Shown here piece after piece: positions 1 to 14,156 of a DNA stretch of 64,000 bases (the stretch's first letter is position 1; each line of letters begins with the position of its first letter). The stretch covers positions 62,001 to 126,000 of the forward strand of contig NOWV01000166.1 in the NCBI GenBank assembly GCA_003344405.1, read 5' to 3'. Made by a program: the position numbers and the translations under genes. The notes below the pieces were generated by a model. It saw nothing but the letters and a program-made list of their open reading frames with translations, did no database searches and had not been told where the DNA came from. This stretch comes from Trichoplax sp. H2. Taxonomy: Eukaryota.

Positions 1-934
1 AACAGTGTAATTGCACATACAAGATGTACTTATACACTACAAGATAACTGTCTTGTAGTAGCAACGATAGCATACTCCTCGTACGCTGGCTATCGTGATC
101 TACCGAAGATAGATTTTACAAACGGCACTACCTAATATTGTTTATTTTTAAGGCTGTCATTGAAAGCTTTAATAGGCATTTATTTAGACATCTATTAAGT
201 GTATTGATGCAGTTGTGATTATATATGCAAAATATACTGCCTAGGTCATATTCTTAGCTTGTAAAGTTATGATTACGTTCTCATTATACCATGTTCATAT
301 CATCATTAATAGGCTCCTTATATGAATATTTGATGTTCTAGCTACTAAGTTGCAACATGTTGCGTAGCTTCTTGTTACCTACCAGTGGATTATCGTGAGA
401 TAATAAAGAACCATTGGTATATAGCAGTCGGTAGTTTTTCATTACAGTCTGGTTTATTCTACCCATTACGAAATGACTCTTTAAGCTAATAGAAATTAAT
501 CAATCATTACATTTCATATACAGTCCAGCATCAAATACCAGATGATAGCAGTTGATACACAAGAGGAAAAAACTCATCCACTAGAGCTCAGTATGCCGCT
601 GATGAGCTGCTTTACCTAGTAAGGGCCATCATTTCAACTATCCACTTCCCCATGACAACAAGCAATGATAGTCTTTCGTTAGCATAAAGATAGGCGGCAG
701 AGTATCGCTTCTAATTTGATTGTGTCTCTCCACATTCAGACATCTATTTACGAGTTTCAATTCTACTATGCAATCCTTCTGACTAATTCGTCGATGGTAA
801 ATACAGAACGCAAATGCAATTATTAACCCGAGTGCTAATGCAAGATTTGCATATGGATTTGCAGAATGTGCTTACCGACATGCGGACGGACATGCCGCCG
901 AGGTCAGACCATAGAAAAGTACAGTACCATCAGT

Positions 935-1125
935 CCATCAACCGGGCATACCGTACAGTACATTACATTGTAACAAATTTCAATTTTAACAGCTTTTACT
1001 ATAGAGAAAATGAAAGGGATCGACAGTAATTCGATGCACACCACTGTACTGTACACTGTACGGTATTGTACTATACAGTACAGTGTACTGCAACAGTACA
1101 GATAATGGACATCTTATACAGTATA
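935..1125. repeat. TACAG/CTGTA pentamer-rich low-complexity tract
   Basis: Dense GTACAGTA / ACTGTACTGTAC / TACAGTACAG words, e.g. 1043-1100. Confidence 0.7.
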
Positions 1126-1833
1126 GCAACCCATACATGATCCTCTGACTCACTACACAGTACCAAGTCTTTACCGGCTAATTTTACTAATATAGATGTT
1201 GTACAATATAGCAGTTCAGACAAAAGCGACTAGTACATGTTTTTGTTGGTTGCTATAGTAACTAAGGGAGACTCCTGAGACTCCCATCAATCAGAGCCAC
1301 GCTAGCACTATAGTAGATGATCAAAACATCTTTCGGTCAATTTTCGAATAAATCATTTGATAGAGAGAGAGAAGCAAAGGCGTAACCTTGAGGATGACTC
1401 CAGAGGAGGCAAATAAGTGGATGTGTATACAAATGCTTCATACTATTAATCAATAAGTATATCGGCTACCTTAAAAAGAGAAGAATAGTGGAAAGACGAG
1501 CATACTCTTAATCTGGCATCTTTCCTTAGGGTATGTCCAATATAGTATACGTTTAATATTTTCATTACTAGATTGAAATGTTGATCTTGAACTAATAAAA
1601 GGTGCTCTAAACTTCTATATCATCTCATAGTTTTCGTTGATGTACAGTATAGTAACCACATTGAATCATAACCTTGATAATACGCATGCACTGCTTCATA
1701 CAGTATATGAGCGTTTGAACAAGAGCATGTGTATCAGTACAAATAGTGTATGTTGGCATTGTATCGTAATTGAATTACTACCTCTACACAAAATCATCAT
1801 ACGACTTGACTATAAACACTAGCTACATTATTT

Positions 1834-2212
1834 TAGATAGAGATTTGCGTAAAGTAAAATATCTTGTGGAAAATTTTCTTCAATAGCTAAACATCAATTT
1901 ATCACATCAACAGCCAAGTAGATGGAATTATTGCATACGAATACTAGGTACAGGATATACGCATATTTTTATTTTTCATATCTGTAGAATACATACTTTA
2001 TTATGGTATACACATACTGTAGAACAACATAGATAGAGATTTATGTAAAATAAAATGCATTGTCGAAAATTTTCTTAAATAGCTTAACTAAAAATCTGTC
2101 ATGTCAACAGGCAAGTAGATGGAATTATTTATAAAAATACTAGGTGAAGGACATAATTTTTATTTCCATATCGTATTTATATTCATAGAATATAAATTTT
2201 ATCATGGGTATA
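1834..2212. repeat. Diverged tandem duplication, two copies of about 196 bp
   Basis: 1834-2029 and 2030-~2212 share colinear blocks: TAGATAGAGATTT, GAAAATTTTCTT, CAAGTAGATGGAATTATT, AATACTAGGT, TTTTATTT.CATATC. Confidence 0.85.
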
Positions 2213-3166
2213 ATCATAGAATTACTGTCAATTTTAAAAATACTTACTAATACGCTTTAGTTTACTTTTCGTACTACCACATCATTATATCTTTTTCGTG
2301 ATCATAATTTTTATTAAAGTACTAATTATTATGATGGCGTCAATTGTAAAAATACCAGATATTTACTGTAGTCACCATGATCGAGTATAACGTTAAATAA
2401 TTAGATAGCCTCAAACTAAGTAACTATCAATTGCAGTTACTTTACTTCAATTCATAGGCTTAAAATATCATGCATTAATAGCAAACAAGGAAATTCATAA
2501 ACATCAATAGAGTTCAAGCGAGGATAGACGTTGTAGCTTATCAGTTAGCTTTATTAATTTCTGGAAATCGATTTCGACTTAAATTCAGTATTAATTTGTT
2601 CAGAAATCACCTCTTCTTAACTTATATTTATACAGATTTTAAAGATTTTTTTATCATATCCATTTGATATTGAGTTCATTTAAAAACTTAAAGTAGTTGT
2701 TGCTACTTTTTGAAATGGCTAGACAGCTTTTCTCAAATAGTTATAATAGGTCTTTCATAACCATAAGAATAGGACTTCATCATTTATTCACTACGCTACC
2801 AATAAATTTTTTTTTTCATGATGATCATGCAATTTTTAAAATTTGCTAATTACGACAATACTGGATTTGATGACATTCGTTAGTAAGATAAATTGATAAC
2901 AGAATAAAATGTTTATTAAGGATTTCATCTACTTATTCTTATATAGTCCTATTATAGAGTAGTTATAAAATTAAGCTAAAGGTAGCAATAGTATCGTGAT
3001 CTAACTAGATAAAATTTAAATTTTGGTAATTTTTCATATCTAGTAAGACAGTCAATAAGTATACCTGTATTGGTTTTTGGTTTAACGCTGTAGCTACTAT
3101 TGTTACTTCGTCCTTCTATGTTAGCACTTTGTCACTATTTATGATTCCTATTATTGTTGTTTTCAA

Positions 3167-6100
3167 ATGGATCAGGAGAGAATAGGAAACAAGATGATGA
3201 ATAACTCATTATCGAGAATTTCAGCGAGTAATAGCGATAGTAAAACATTAAAAAGTATAGCGGTAAGAGATCATGAACAGGACGACGAACAACATAAGAT
3301 ACCGCATATGCCGCATCCGCCTTCTATTCCAAATTATAAATCAAGACATGGACGTACTACTGTTCATCCACTTCTTCAGTCGCAATCCTCATCTAGCGAC
3401 AGCGAACAGGATGGAGATAAAAATAAAGACAGGACTGTAACTACCAAGATAAGAAAAAAGCAAGATCACAAAACACATAAAAGCCCAATCTATTCTAGAA
3501 TTAGGAATACACGTATTGTACCATCAAGTCCAATTGCAATTGGTAGTAATCAGCCATTAATACAATCGCCAAAGCGGAGAGGAAGCCTGCATTCGCTTGA
3601 TAGTAATAGCTCTTGGAATACTAATTGGAGTGTTTATCAGGGATCAACGCAGACATCAACACCTCAACAAGCAGATAAAATTCATTCAAAACTACAAACA
3701 ACTGGAAAATTATCAAAATTAAGGTTGCCAATGGATCAACATGGCCAACAATCTCTAACTAAATCAGAAACTGATCTAAGACCTACGGCACTACCACCAA
3801 TCCAATCGATACAGTTAAAAGGGGATCATGACGGCCGTGATAACCCAAATGGTAGTCTACAAGCTTATCGAAATCGCGTCGGTTCATTCGATTATAACCT
3901 AAATCGGCAATATCATAGTGATCAAAACTTAAAAAAGTTAGGAGATGGTAGAGTGAAATTATCTAGTATGTCTTTAGATGATCACAACCTGAACAAATCA
4001 ACAAAGTTTAACCAAAGTACTGTCATGCTACCAATTTATACGGATCATATCCGTAATGGAACATATGAAAATCACCATAAAGAAATGGAATTAGATCGCT
4101 ACTTTCCTGACCGACAAGTTTCACTCTTTGTAGGAACATGGAATATGCATGGAGAAAAGGTGAGATTCTGCATTCTACTTTACAACGCGACATCACTCTT
4201 TAAAGTATATATTCCAGTAAAATAATGTTTATTTGGCACTCTATACTATTAAAAGAAGAGGGGAAAGGAGGAAAGGATAATTAACTCTTTTATATCCAAA
4301 CTGATAATAATAATGGATCAACATTTTGATCACAGTTTACGATCCACTCTGGTGAGGAGCTTAGTCAATATTAGTGACTGATGTATCAGTGTATCAGTTA
4401 CTGATACTTCAACTGCGTTAAGATGGATGAATATCAACATCATCACAATTGATTCAATTTCAATAAATCGTGCAGTATTTACTTCAGCTACCTTCTCTTT
4501 AGTTCAGGGTTTTTTGTCGCGAGTTGTTAGTTATCCACCCGTCGAAATCGGGAAATAAGATATCGAAAGTTTATAAAGCTCATTAGCCACTACAGTACAG
4601 TAGCATTATTTTTTCTGACGAAAAATCCTCTTGTATTCTATTGTCCTTAATCTTATACTGCTAGTAATACTACATGTTTTAGCATCACGAGCGAAAATTT
4701 CGATGCAATCGCTCATTAAAAATTCAACGAAGAATACGACGAATATTCTAATTTTCTTTTTAAATTGGATAAACAATTTTTTAATTTTTATTGCCTAAAA
4801 GGAGAACTAAAAATTCCTGTAGTTGTTAGGATGTAGTGAATAATGTTTCATCCTATGCTTATTTTTAAATTAAAATTAGGATTTACTTGATATTCTATGT
4901 AAAAAAGACTTTAGCTTATTTCATAATCTGGACCAAGCTTGAACTTCATTTAGTTCTATGTTCTATGATCTAAGATATACTTCAATTTTCCTTTCATCTT
5001 TTCGTTTTATTAAAAGAATTTTTTTATATTTAGAAATTGTAGTGTAATTGAATATAGTCAAATATCAATTGACAAGATGCTACTTTCTTCCAAAAATGTT
5101 ACGATCGTACTTCTGACACATTTCGTAACTAAAAAGTTCTGTTATATGTACTTTTGGTACTCTAGCGGTTATATCACAAAGTAATCATTGAAAATGATGT
5201 CGTGCTAAAGAGCCTACAATATCGCCATTGTTGTAAAATATATATAATCATTTACGGGACTTTAAGTAGGGGACGTTGCTGATACCGTCTGTAGAAATAA
5301 ATGATTTTTAATAATATTTTTCTAAATAATACCAAGTAATGACCTACAACAAAATTTGAACGAATTTATTTCTTAGAAGAGATCTTAATTACAATATCAT
5401 TATTGTTTATTTAGACACTTTTTTGGTACGTATATCAATGAGAAATGTTAATAAGCTGTATGATAGAGACAGAATCCTTTACTAGCAAGGCGTTAGTTTT
5501 ATATTAAACTATCCATGATACATCACTAATAATACATAGAGTGATGAAAAGCCAAATAAACAAAATCAGTAGACAAGATCTAGTTCAACAGAATTTGTAA
5601 CCATTAAGCATATATATATTGTCACAGATAAACCAAAATCTCTATCCTAAAATCTTATCAATGGCCTCATTGATTGATTATAAAGAGCCGTACTCTTTAT
5701 CATTAGGATTATAATATGAAAATAACGTAAGGGCTATGTCATTTTGTGCTGCTATTTTCCATATCCATAAGGAAACAATTTCAGCTTTAGGCTGAATACA
5801 AGATGACTAATATGTATAACATTTCATTCAATCTATACGATTAAAAAGCCATTTTTATCACCGTTTTATCCTTTTACCTGCTGTTACGTATGGACATTTA
5901 CTTGCCTAGCTGTAGACTAAGAGCTTTAGTTCTGAAGTTTAGTTATTGTTAATCTTCAGATTCAAAAAAGCTATCCGCGCCTCATGATTAATTTCCATTA
6001 ATCATATTGTGATTGATATCCATGCAGTTTATTAACTGTTTTAAGTACCGATGCAAAAGTAGAAAATATAAATTTTTTTCTTTTAATTTTTCTTTAATAA

Positions 6101-9100
6101 ATAATTTTCCCATGGAGATTAACAACTAACTAATATCCTATGAATAGATTTTGTATTCTGGTGATGATTGATAGAAAATTAACAACTCATCATAATACTA
6201 AATCGGAGAATAGAAAATGGGATTATAATTATTCTACATTAGGTAGTAAAATATACCACACAATATATCGGGTTAAGAAAGTATCGAATAATATACCTCT
6301 ACTAAATACGAATACGGCAATTTATAGAAATCATTTTGGAACGATGTGAAATCATTCTAAAGCAGCTATACCATATAATTTTAATGTGTATGTGCCATCA
6401 CTGACAAATACATGTAATATACATTACATAAAATCTATAGGTATATTAGTTTTATACTGTATTTATGGAGTACATCTGCCTTGTCTCGCGGATTATCGTT
6501 ACTGGTAGGGGAAAATAGACCTTTTCTATAACTAGTGGCGCTATATAATACTTGCAAATTTATAAGAAATAATGGAAAAAAGATCGGAATTAAACAAAAT
6601 TAAAATACTTCGTCAAGATTTATTAATTTAATATACGATTACAATATAATAAAAGAAAAAGCTCTCTATCTTTCATTTGCGCTCATTCACCTCAATATTA
6701 CGGTAGTTCAATAAATATACTCGTATATAAACAATAAAGTAGTATTTCCAATCTGTATGCTGTCACGAATTTCTCTACTCAGATAGTTTAAATAAATAAC
6801 AAATGGATTTTAGTAACATTGATCAACAAACTCTATTCGATACAGTACAACTAAATGACCTATATAAGTATAGTGGCAACACTAATTCTTTTTATTTTTT
6901 ATAGATGTCATCAAATAGATTTTTATACCTTAATAAATATTAATATATGTATTATGGGAAGAAAATATAGTAATACTTTATTGAATAATTATATCGTCGA
7001 TTTCTTCTTAGTTAATAGTCTTGAACTAACGTCGCTATGGAGCAGATCTTAATATACTGCAATAGATTAAATCGCAAAAAATTTATAATGAATACCAATT
7101 AGCAGTATATTTTTTTCTTTGTACGTGAAACTGAAATTTATTGACTATCTCGATTGTTAAGATGATTTGCGATGTAACTACGTAATATTATTCACGACCA
7201 ACTGTAATTACCCTAAAAAATCTTTAGTCACTATTATCATAGGACGTCCATGTTACTGCTATAACTCTTCCGTTGTTAGTAACATATTGTCTAAGCAGTT
7301 TAGAAGCAAACTGTTCTACTAATATTGCAACAAATCATAACTCAACTTTATCTTTTCTGATTCACGTTTCAGTTGATACCTGTTCCAATGGACGATTTCT
7401 TACTCCCACCATGTTCCGATGTCTCACAAGATATTTACGTTATTGGAGCTCAAGAATGTTGTGTTAATAGGTATGCTGAATTATGATTTATTTTTAGATT
7501 GTGACTTAGTATTTCTCTTGCTATTATCTCGGTAGTATAAAAATAACTGGAGACATCGTTTTGGTGTATCATACAATCAAATGATATCCATTCCCAGTAA
7601 ATTATGGGGAATGTAAAGTTATGTTCGGGTATTTGCTATCATATATCACGATACGCATCATTACATACTCAAATGATTTGACAGGAAACAATTCTTGCTT
7701 GAAGATCAGTCCAATATAATAAAATGATAATTTGTAGCAATTGCTTTATTTATATCTAAAAGCCATGGCCGACCTTTAAGAACATCTCGTCGATATCGTT
7801 ATGTCATATTTTTCCTTTTAAATGATAATATCGACTTTGGCATAACTAATACTTCAAGTATATCCACTATTTCACTGCCTTCCTTAGTGATTATTTAATC
7901 ATCATTAGAACAAATACTCTATTATTTGAACAATTAAGAGGCGCTTCCACTATATTTTCCAGAATTTAATCCTAGACCGATTTTTCATCGCGGAACTAAT
8001 GTAGTTTATGAAGATTTTAATACAATCTAATGTGCACCGGTAATGACTTGAGTGCTATAAATAATCAAAGATCTTTTATTAAGCCGGGAATTTGTCAAAT
8101 TTTCTGTGATATAATTTATTTAAGCCTGATATTAAGAACAAGATAAGATATATGCTAGTTATAAAGTTTGCTAATTAAGAGTTCTACCGCTTTTATCATA
8201 GCAGGACTATCAGAATAATGTCAAATACTGTACATACGATTTCAGATGAAGTGAAGTTTTGACCTAAATCTTTAAGTAATTAATAGCAGCGAGGAAAAAA
8301 TTATTTCTCAATACAGCGTTGGTTTTTTTTTCAATATTATATTATGACTATACTGTAGTTAGTTAATAAGAAGAAAAAGGAAAAATTACGGAAGGAAATC
8401 ATCAGCCACCTACGTATTTTTTCTATTTTCCTCAAATTTTCATTTTTCAAATCTGTTATCGTGTTTAGAATGATACGTATAGTGTTGCTAAGCAGTAGAA
8501 AATCTATGTATTAGTAAATAATGATATCCTTCCGGTAATTTTTACTCTCTATCAATAAATATATAATCAATTTTGAATTTTATGGAGACCGGCGAAGTAT
8601 AATTTCTTAAAAGCTGCCCTAGACGAAAGTCTCCTGTAGGCACACTCGATATTTACTTTAGTAATTATATCAACTTATTACTATAAGTACAATTTAGGGA
8701 AAGAGAAACCGATATGAATATGATAGGAAATGTTCAATGTCTAAATAATGAACCAATTTTATTAATTCCGATTTCTTTCACTGATCTATTTTTATAGACG
8801 AGAATGGGAAATAAAGTTACAACAAACATTAGGGCCATCTTATGTTTTGAAACATTCCGCTATCTATGGTGTTCTGTATATGGCTATCTTTATTCGCCGT
8901 GATTTAATATGGTTCTGCTCTGGTAAAGTTACTATCATTTTATGTTATCGCGATGTAATATATACTATAATTACGGTCAAAAAATCGTGAATCTGTTTTC
9001 GTTATATTTGTGCTAGCTAGATGCTTCGCCAATTCTCAATTTTTAAACCTGATAGTGACTTCATTCTGTAATTTTCTTCTCTTTGATTTGTGTTAAGATT

Positions 9101-12100
9101 AATCATTTGTTAGCTTATCAAAGTAATGTGATCCATTTTTGGCCATTGCAAATTTAAATGAGACTGTCAGGCATATATTACAGAAGCCATAGTGTTTTAG
9201 CCTAGATTAAAAATAACCTTAGATTCCATCCCATAGCTGTATTCATTTACTCCGTATGATAAATACCACTTAACTAAAATGCAGACTAAAATGTTATGAA
9301 ATATTTGCACATCTGCAAAAATTGGATATACAATTATTACGTTAGTGATTAAAAGTCATCTTAATCTCCTACCCTAAATGAAAGTTTCAAACTGATCTAT
9401 TTCCTCCAACTTGCAACAGACATTATTGAAGGCAGAGTATCAACAAGGCCTGGATCTATGATTAGAACGAAGGTAAAATTTTAACTCGATTCTTTAAAGT
9501 CGATCATTCATAAACGTTTATCAATTTCGCTGCTTGTAAGGATGATTATCCAGATAAATTTTAGTTGATAATTCAAATTAATAGACATATAAAAATTCAT
9601 TTTTCAGGGAGCACTGGCATTGGCTTTCGATTTATTTGATACCTCATTATTATTTATTACGTCACATTTAGCAGGTAAAACAGATTTAATTAATTTTTCA
9701 ATTTAATCTCAACGAGTTTTACCATTTTAATTCAATGGATTAGCTGAGATCTTGTACGCCTAAATACGGATGGATAAAATATATATATACTTATTAACGA
9801 TCAATATCGATCGAACACAAAATTCAATGACTAAACGTGTCTTAATTTTCTTTTCTATCTCAAATACTTGGCTAACCGACAGCTCATAATCATAAAGTTC
9901 GCGATAGAGTTAACGATTACGATAAAATCTGCAGACTATTAAATATGAAAAGTAACTTTACCGAATTTGTTCCAGACAAGGAAAGTCAAAATGGTAAGAA
10001 ATCAAAAATTATTCGATTACTTTAACCCACCATGCCTTGCATTTCCTAGTTTCAGCAATAAGTAGCAATTAATAGAGAAGTTATTCAAATAGTAATTAGG
10101 AGGTAGATATAGTGCTCATTACCAAGATATATATTTCGTATCTGCTTTAATTTAACATATGTAGAAGTATGAATCGATAGTTTCGCCTCTAACGATTTTA
10201 CTTTGAAAGTGGTCCCATAATTAATATTCCAATATGCTACGCACTACCATTCCTAGTTTTCCTATATTCAATAATTAACCATATTTATGCGGAAAAAGTC
10301 TTAGACGCTAAATAGGAAAAGATTATAATTAACTACCGTTAGAGATTTCGTTAAATACAGTAATACAAATCAGGAAAATGTTAGTCAAGTCGCTTTTATA
10401 GGTTTAATTAAAATATGTAGCAGATTTCGTTATACATGTATATGTTCATATATCATTCAGAATGGACATTTTGCAATTATGTGGTTAGCTGCTGATTGCT
10501 TGGCGGTCAAAAGCGAATTAGTAATTCTCTATCAAGTATTTTTCTAAAGGCAGTTGATTAACTATACAATTGTTTCATAGATAGTAAGGCTAGAGTTTAT
10601 TCTTTTCTCTAATAAATTATGAAATTCACATACCGTTTTAGAAAATATCGGAGGAATTGGTAGTGCTGAACAATTTGACCATGTTTTCTGGTTTGGAGAT
10701 TTAAATTTTCGACTTGATGCATCACGCAGCACAATAGACAATATGTTATCAGCCTTAAAAGATCAAGAAGACCCACATTATGAGGTTTGCAAAATTAGGA
10801 TATTTTGCTTTTAACAAGCGTACTTTACTTATAGAAGTAACACTACCGTTAACATTCTGCTTCATTGCAAGACTGTGCCACTATCATACATATTGCTTTC
10901 CTTTAAATCACTAAATAAAACCAAATGAAACAATATATTAGCTAATCCAAAACATTTAAATTAGGATATGTTAAAACTGGATCAGTTAGGACAATTAATG
11001 AAAGCAGGTAAGCTATAAATCTAAATTATTTCTAAGTCTATCGTTTGATTAAGATTGATTTACAATTTGTAATCAAGGTTATCAGTTTAAAACTAGCTTA
11101 AAATTTCTTACGAAGAGTATATATTAGTCACAATAACTATGCATTTTTACGCTTCCATAGCAGCACGTGATCATATGTTAACCTGATTCCTCTTCATGCT
11201 TAATGTATAATATACTGTAAATATGACTATAGCCGATCTTTATCACTTTCTAATTCTTCTTCTAAATTATTGGCTATGGTAAACAGAAGAAATCTTTTGT
11301 GGCTATCAAGAAATGGATATCAACTTTCCTCCGACGTATAAGTATGATCTTAATTCTGAACGTTATGATACATCAAGTAAATCTAGAGTTCCATCATGGA
11401 CCGTAAGTCTATTTAACAATCGTGAGAATTTTAAATTATTATCGTTTCATGATCTGCTCATTCCATTTGAAGACTGAAAAGGCACTGCTATATGTAAAAA
11501 GATTAATATTTGGCTTACTAATGTTACTTATATATCTATAAATATTAACTCTTACATCACTAGGATCGCATCTTATTTAAATCGAAAGAAGAGGAAGCAT
11601 TGAAGATATTACATTATAATCACTGCAATGAAATTAAAATTTCTGATCACAGGTAATCTTATTGTATAATCTCATTTGAATATTTAATTTTAGAAGTAGA
11701 TATACCATGTTAGTAACTACTCAAATAATAATAAAATGTGATAATATTTACTAATATTAAGTTATCACGATATAATCGTCCATCTAGGCCGGTATATGGA
11801 TTATTTGTTGCAAAGTTGTCGACAAATAGCAATAAGTAAGCAATTTTTGATATCCTCTTAACATATAATTCAAAGTAATAGAAATAAATTAAAAATCTCT
11901 ATTTCCGTTCTCATTCATTTTAATTTTATTAACTATTAGAAGAACAATCTGCTCCGGCAATTTCAATCGGAATATTTATCTTGAAGGTAATTAATGATAG
12001 AAGCTATCAGGAACAACAATTGTTACTGTAAAAATAATGAAGGGATAAATATAAAAATTTACAAACTCAGTCATAAATGTGTACCTACAATTTAAAACGA

Positions 12101-12202
12101 ATTGACTCTTTACTGCCCCTTTCTACCATTCTAGGCAACAAAAGGAGGAGATCTAATCTACCTGAAGGTCGACAGCAAAGTGCAATATGCAGTATTTTAT
12201 AA
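3167..12202 (+). CDS. INPP5E: Inositol polyphosphate 5-phosphatase E-like (ciliary phosphoinositide 5-phosphatase), about 13 coding exons
   Basis: Exon 1 (3167-4159) is a Ser/Gln-rich disordered N-terminus ending [20 protein letters not shown]|gtgag. Further GT-AG exons at ~7373-7470 (DIYVIGAQE), 8798-8922 ([13 protein letters not shown]...[11 protein letters not shown]), 9420-9472, 9608-9674 (GALA...FITSHLA), 9883-9993, 10642-10784 (FWFGDLNFR), 10965-11007, 11287-11402 (FPPTYKYD...RVPSWT), 11564-11652 (DRIL...SDHR), 11788-11835, 11940-11986 (FNRNIYL) and 12135-12202 (ends CSIL*, CaaX). Both 5-phosphatase signature motifs are present. Confidence 0.93.
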
Positions 12203-14156
12203 TATAAGTTAGTATACAAATTGATAGGAAAGAATATCTTAATATTAAAATTTAAGATCGAAAATATACTAATTGAAGTTTTTAAAAATTAATTTCTTTA
12301 TTCCGTTTCATAAATATTATCGATCATACTGGTAAAGTAAAATGTAGCGATTAATTTTATACGGTATCTCGTATTTCCGTGAGCTGTGCTCGTGTTGTAC
12401 CTGTAAACTTCAGAAATATTTTCCGATATTGGAAAGTTTGCTAGTTCACATATTATCAAGACGTTATAATGTATCTCTGAACCCAGAAATGATGCGAAAT
12501 ATTTTTTAATATGGCAGATGCACTAACTCGTACAGTGTTTATTCTATCTTGTATATATTCCTTGTATATATGCAAAGAATTGAGAGTTATCTTTCTTATA
12601 AAATAATCCGGATAAATATCCCCATAATTGTTAGTAATATTCCATTCATTATTATAGTGAAGTGCTATAAACCTAGTATTTTCATACTATATCGAAATGA
12701 AGAGAATGGAAATATAATTTCTAGCAGAAAGAGTATAAAATTTCTGTTTTAGAATTTTTAAAATGCTACTTGTTTAAATTATAAATACTTCCGTCAATGG
12801 GATGAATTATCGAATGATTTTTAATTTCTCTGATATAAATATTTAATATAGAAATAATTTATTACAAAAATGTAAAGTATAGGTATAGCAGCTCTAGCTT
12901 GATTAATTTACGAGATAAAAAAACTACTACAACTTACTACTACTATGTGATCGCATGTGATCAAACAATGTTAAAATTTTCTTTTCGCTTAGTCTTTATT
13001 TGATCACACCAATCTTATGGATCGAATACAACGAACTTTCCTAAAATCATATTGCTATTTAATAGTTTTTATCTCCACAAGAAAAAATGCTCTACTTCCT
13101 GTATTCGGAATCAAAGAAAATGTATATTGTAAAATTATAGAATTGCTACTTTGTACGATGGTAAAAAGATATGTATAACCATTCTGATAAATGCTTCGAT
13201 GAAAATATAACTTGATCGCAATGAATGATGTATATTATTCTTTACACACGCTATCTTCAGAAATTGTTAACGATTTGTCTTCCTGCACTATCAATTCAAT
13301 TTACCAGAACAAACCGGAAAAATTTTCGAAATTACTAATTTTTCTTGTAATTGCTATTTATAGCCGTTTCTATGAACATTATAAATTGACAAAGATGGTA
13401 ATCATGCTGCAATTAATGTGTAAGACTAGCGAATGTATTGCTAACTGCCTTTAAAATTTGAGGTCAAAATATTTCTGCCTTTAATTTAACAATACGCAAT
13501 AAAATGATTTCTTCGATGTAGCATTATAAGAGTATTAATCCATGCCCCAAATTTATATATCAACGTATAATCTTAAATATTTAATTAGTGATGTAAGCCA
13601 GATCGGTAATTATTGTTGCAATTAAGCTGTTAGCAATAACTGAGAGGTGCTTAACATGTGCAGGTTAATAATTTTAAAAGATTCGACAAGTTCATTTTAA
13701 CGTAGAATTTGATATTCTGCTTCAAAAGGCATTTCTATATCCAGTTAACTTAACAGTTATCGATAGACAAAAACTATAGGCAAAAGTACACTCTATAACT
13801 TACATTGTTAGCATATTAATAAGCAGGGTATATCGCATAGAATTATGATAAGCTAGAATATTTCATAATTATCAAATAGAGTAATTACGAATTATAATTA
13901 ACTAACAATCTAAAAGAATATTAATGCTACGATCTTATTACGAATTAGTAAAACTCAAATTTAAAAAGATCTACAAAGAGTAGCTTTATCACGGTATGTT
14001 TATCATACTGAAATGTAAAACTATGACTTCTTTGCAATGCCAGGATTCTAAATTTTTTCTAATGTTAAGAACATAATCTGCAGAGTCTATCCAAAATCAT
14101 CCTACGTCAGGCATTACAAAACCATGATTGTTGGTTGTTCTTTTACTTTAGAACTA

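Noticed and set aside
520..612. Two-hairpin arrangement with an ANANNA hinge resembling an H/ACA snoRNA
   Set aside because: No terminal ACA box in the right position on either strand, and the stems are short.
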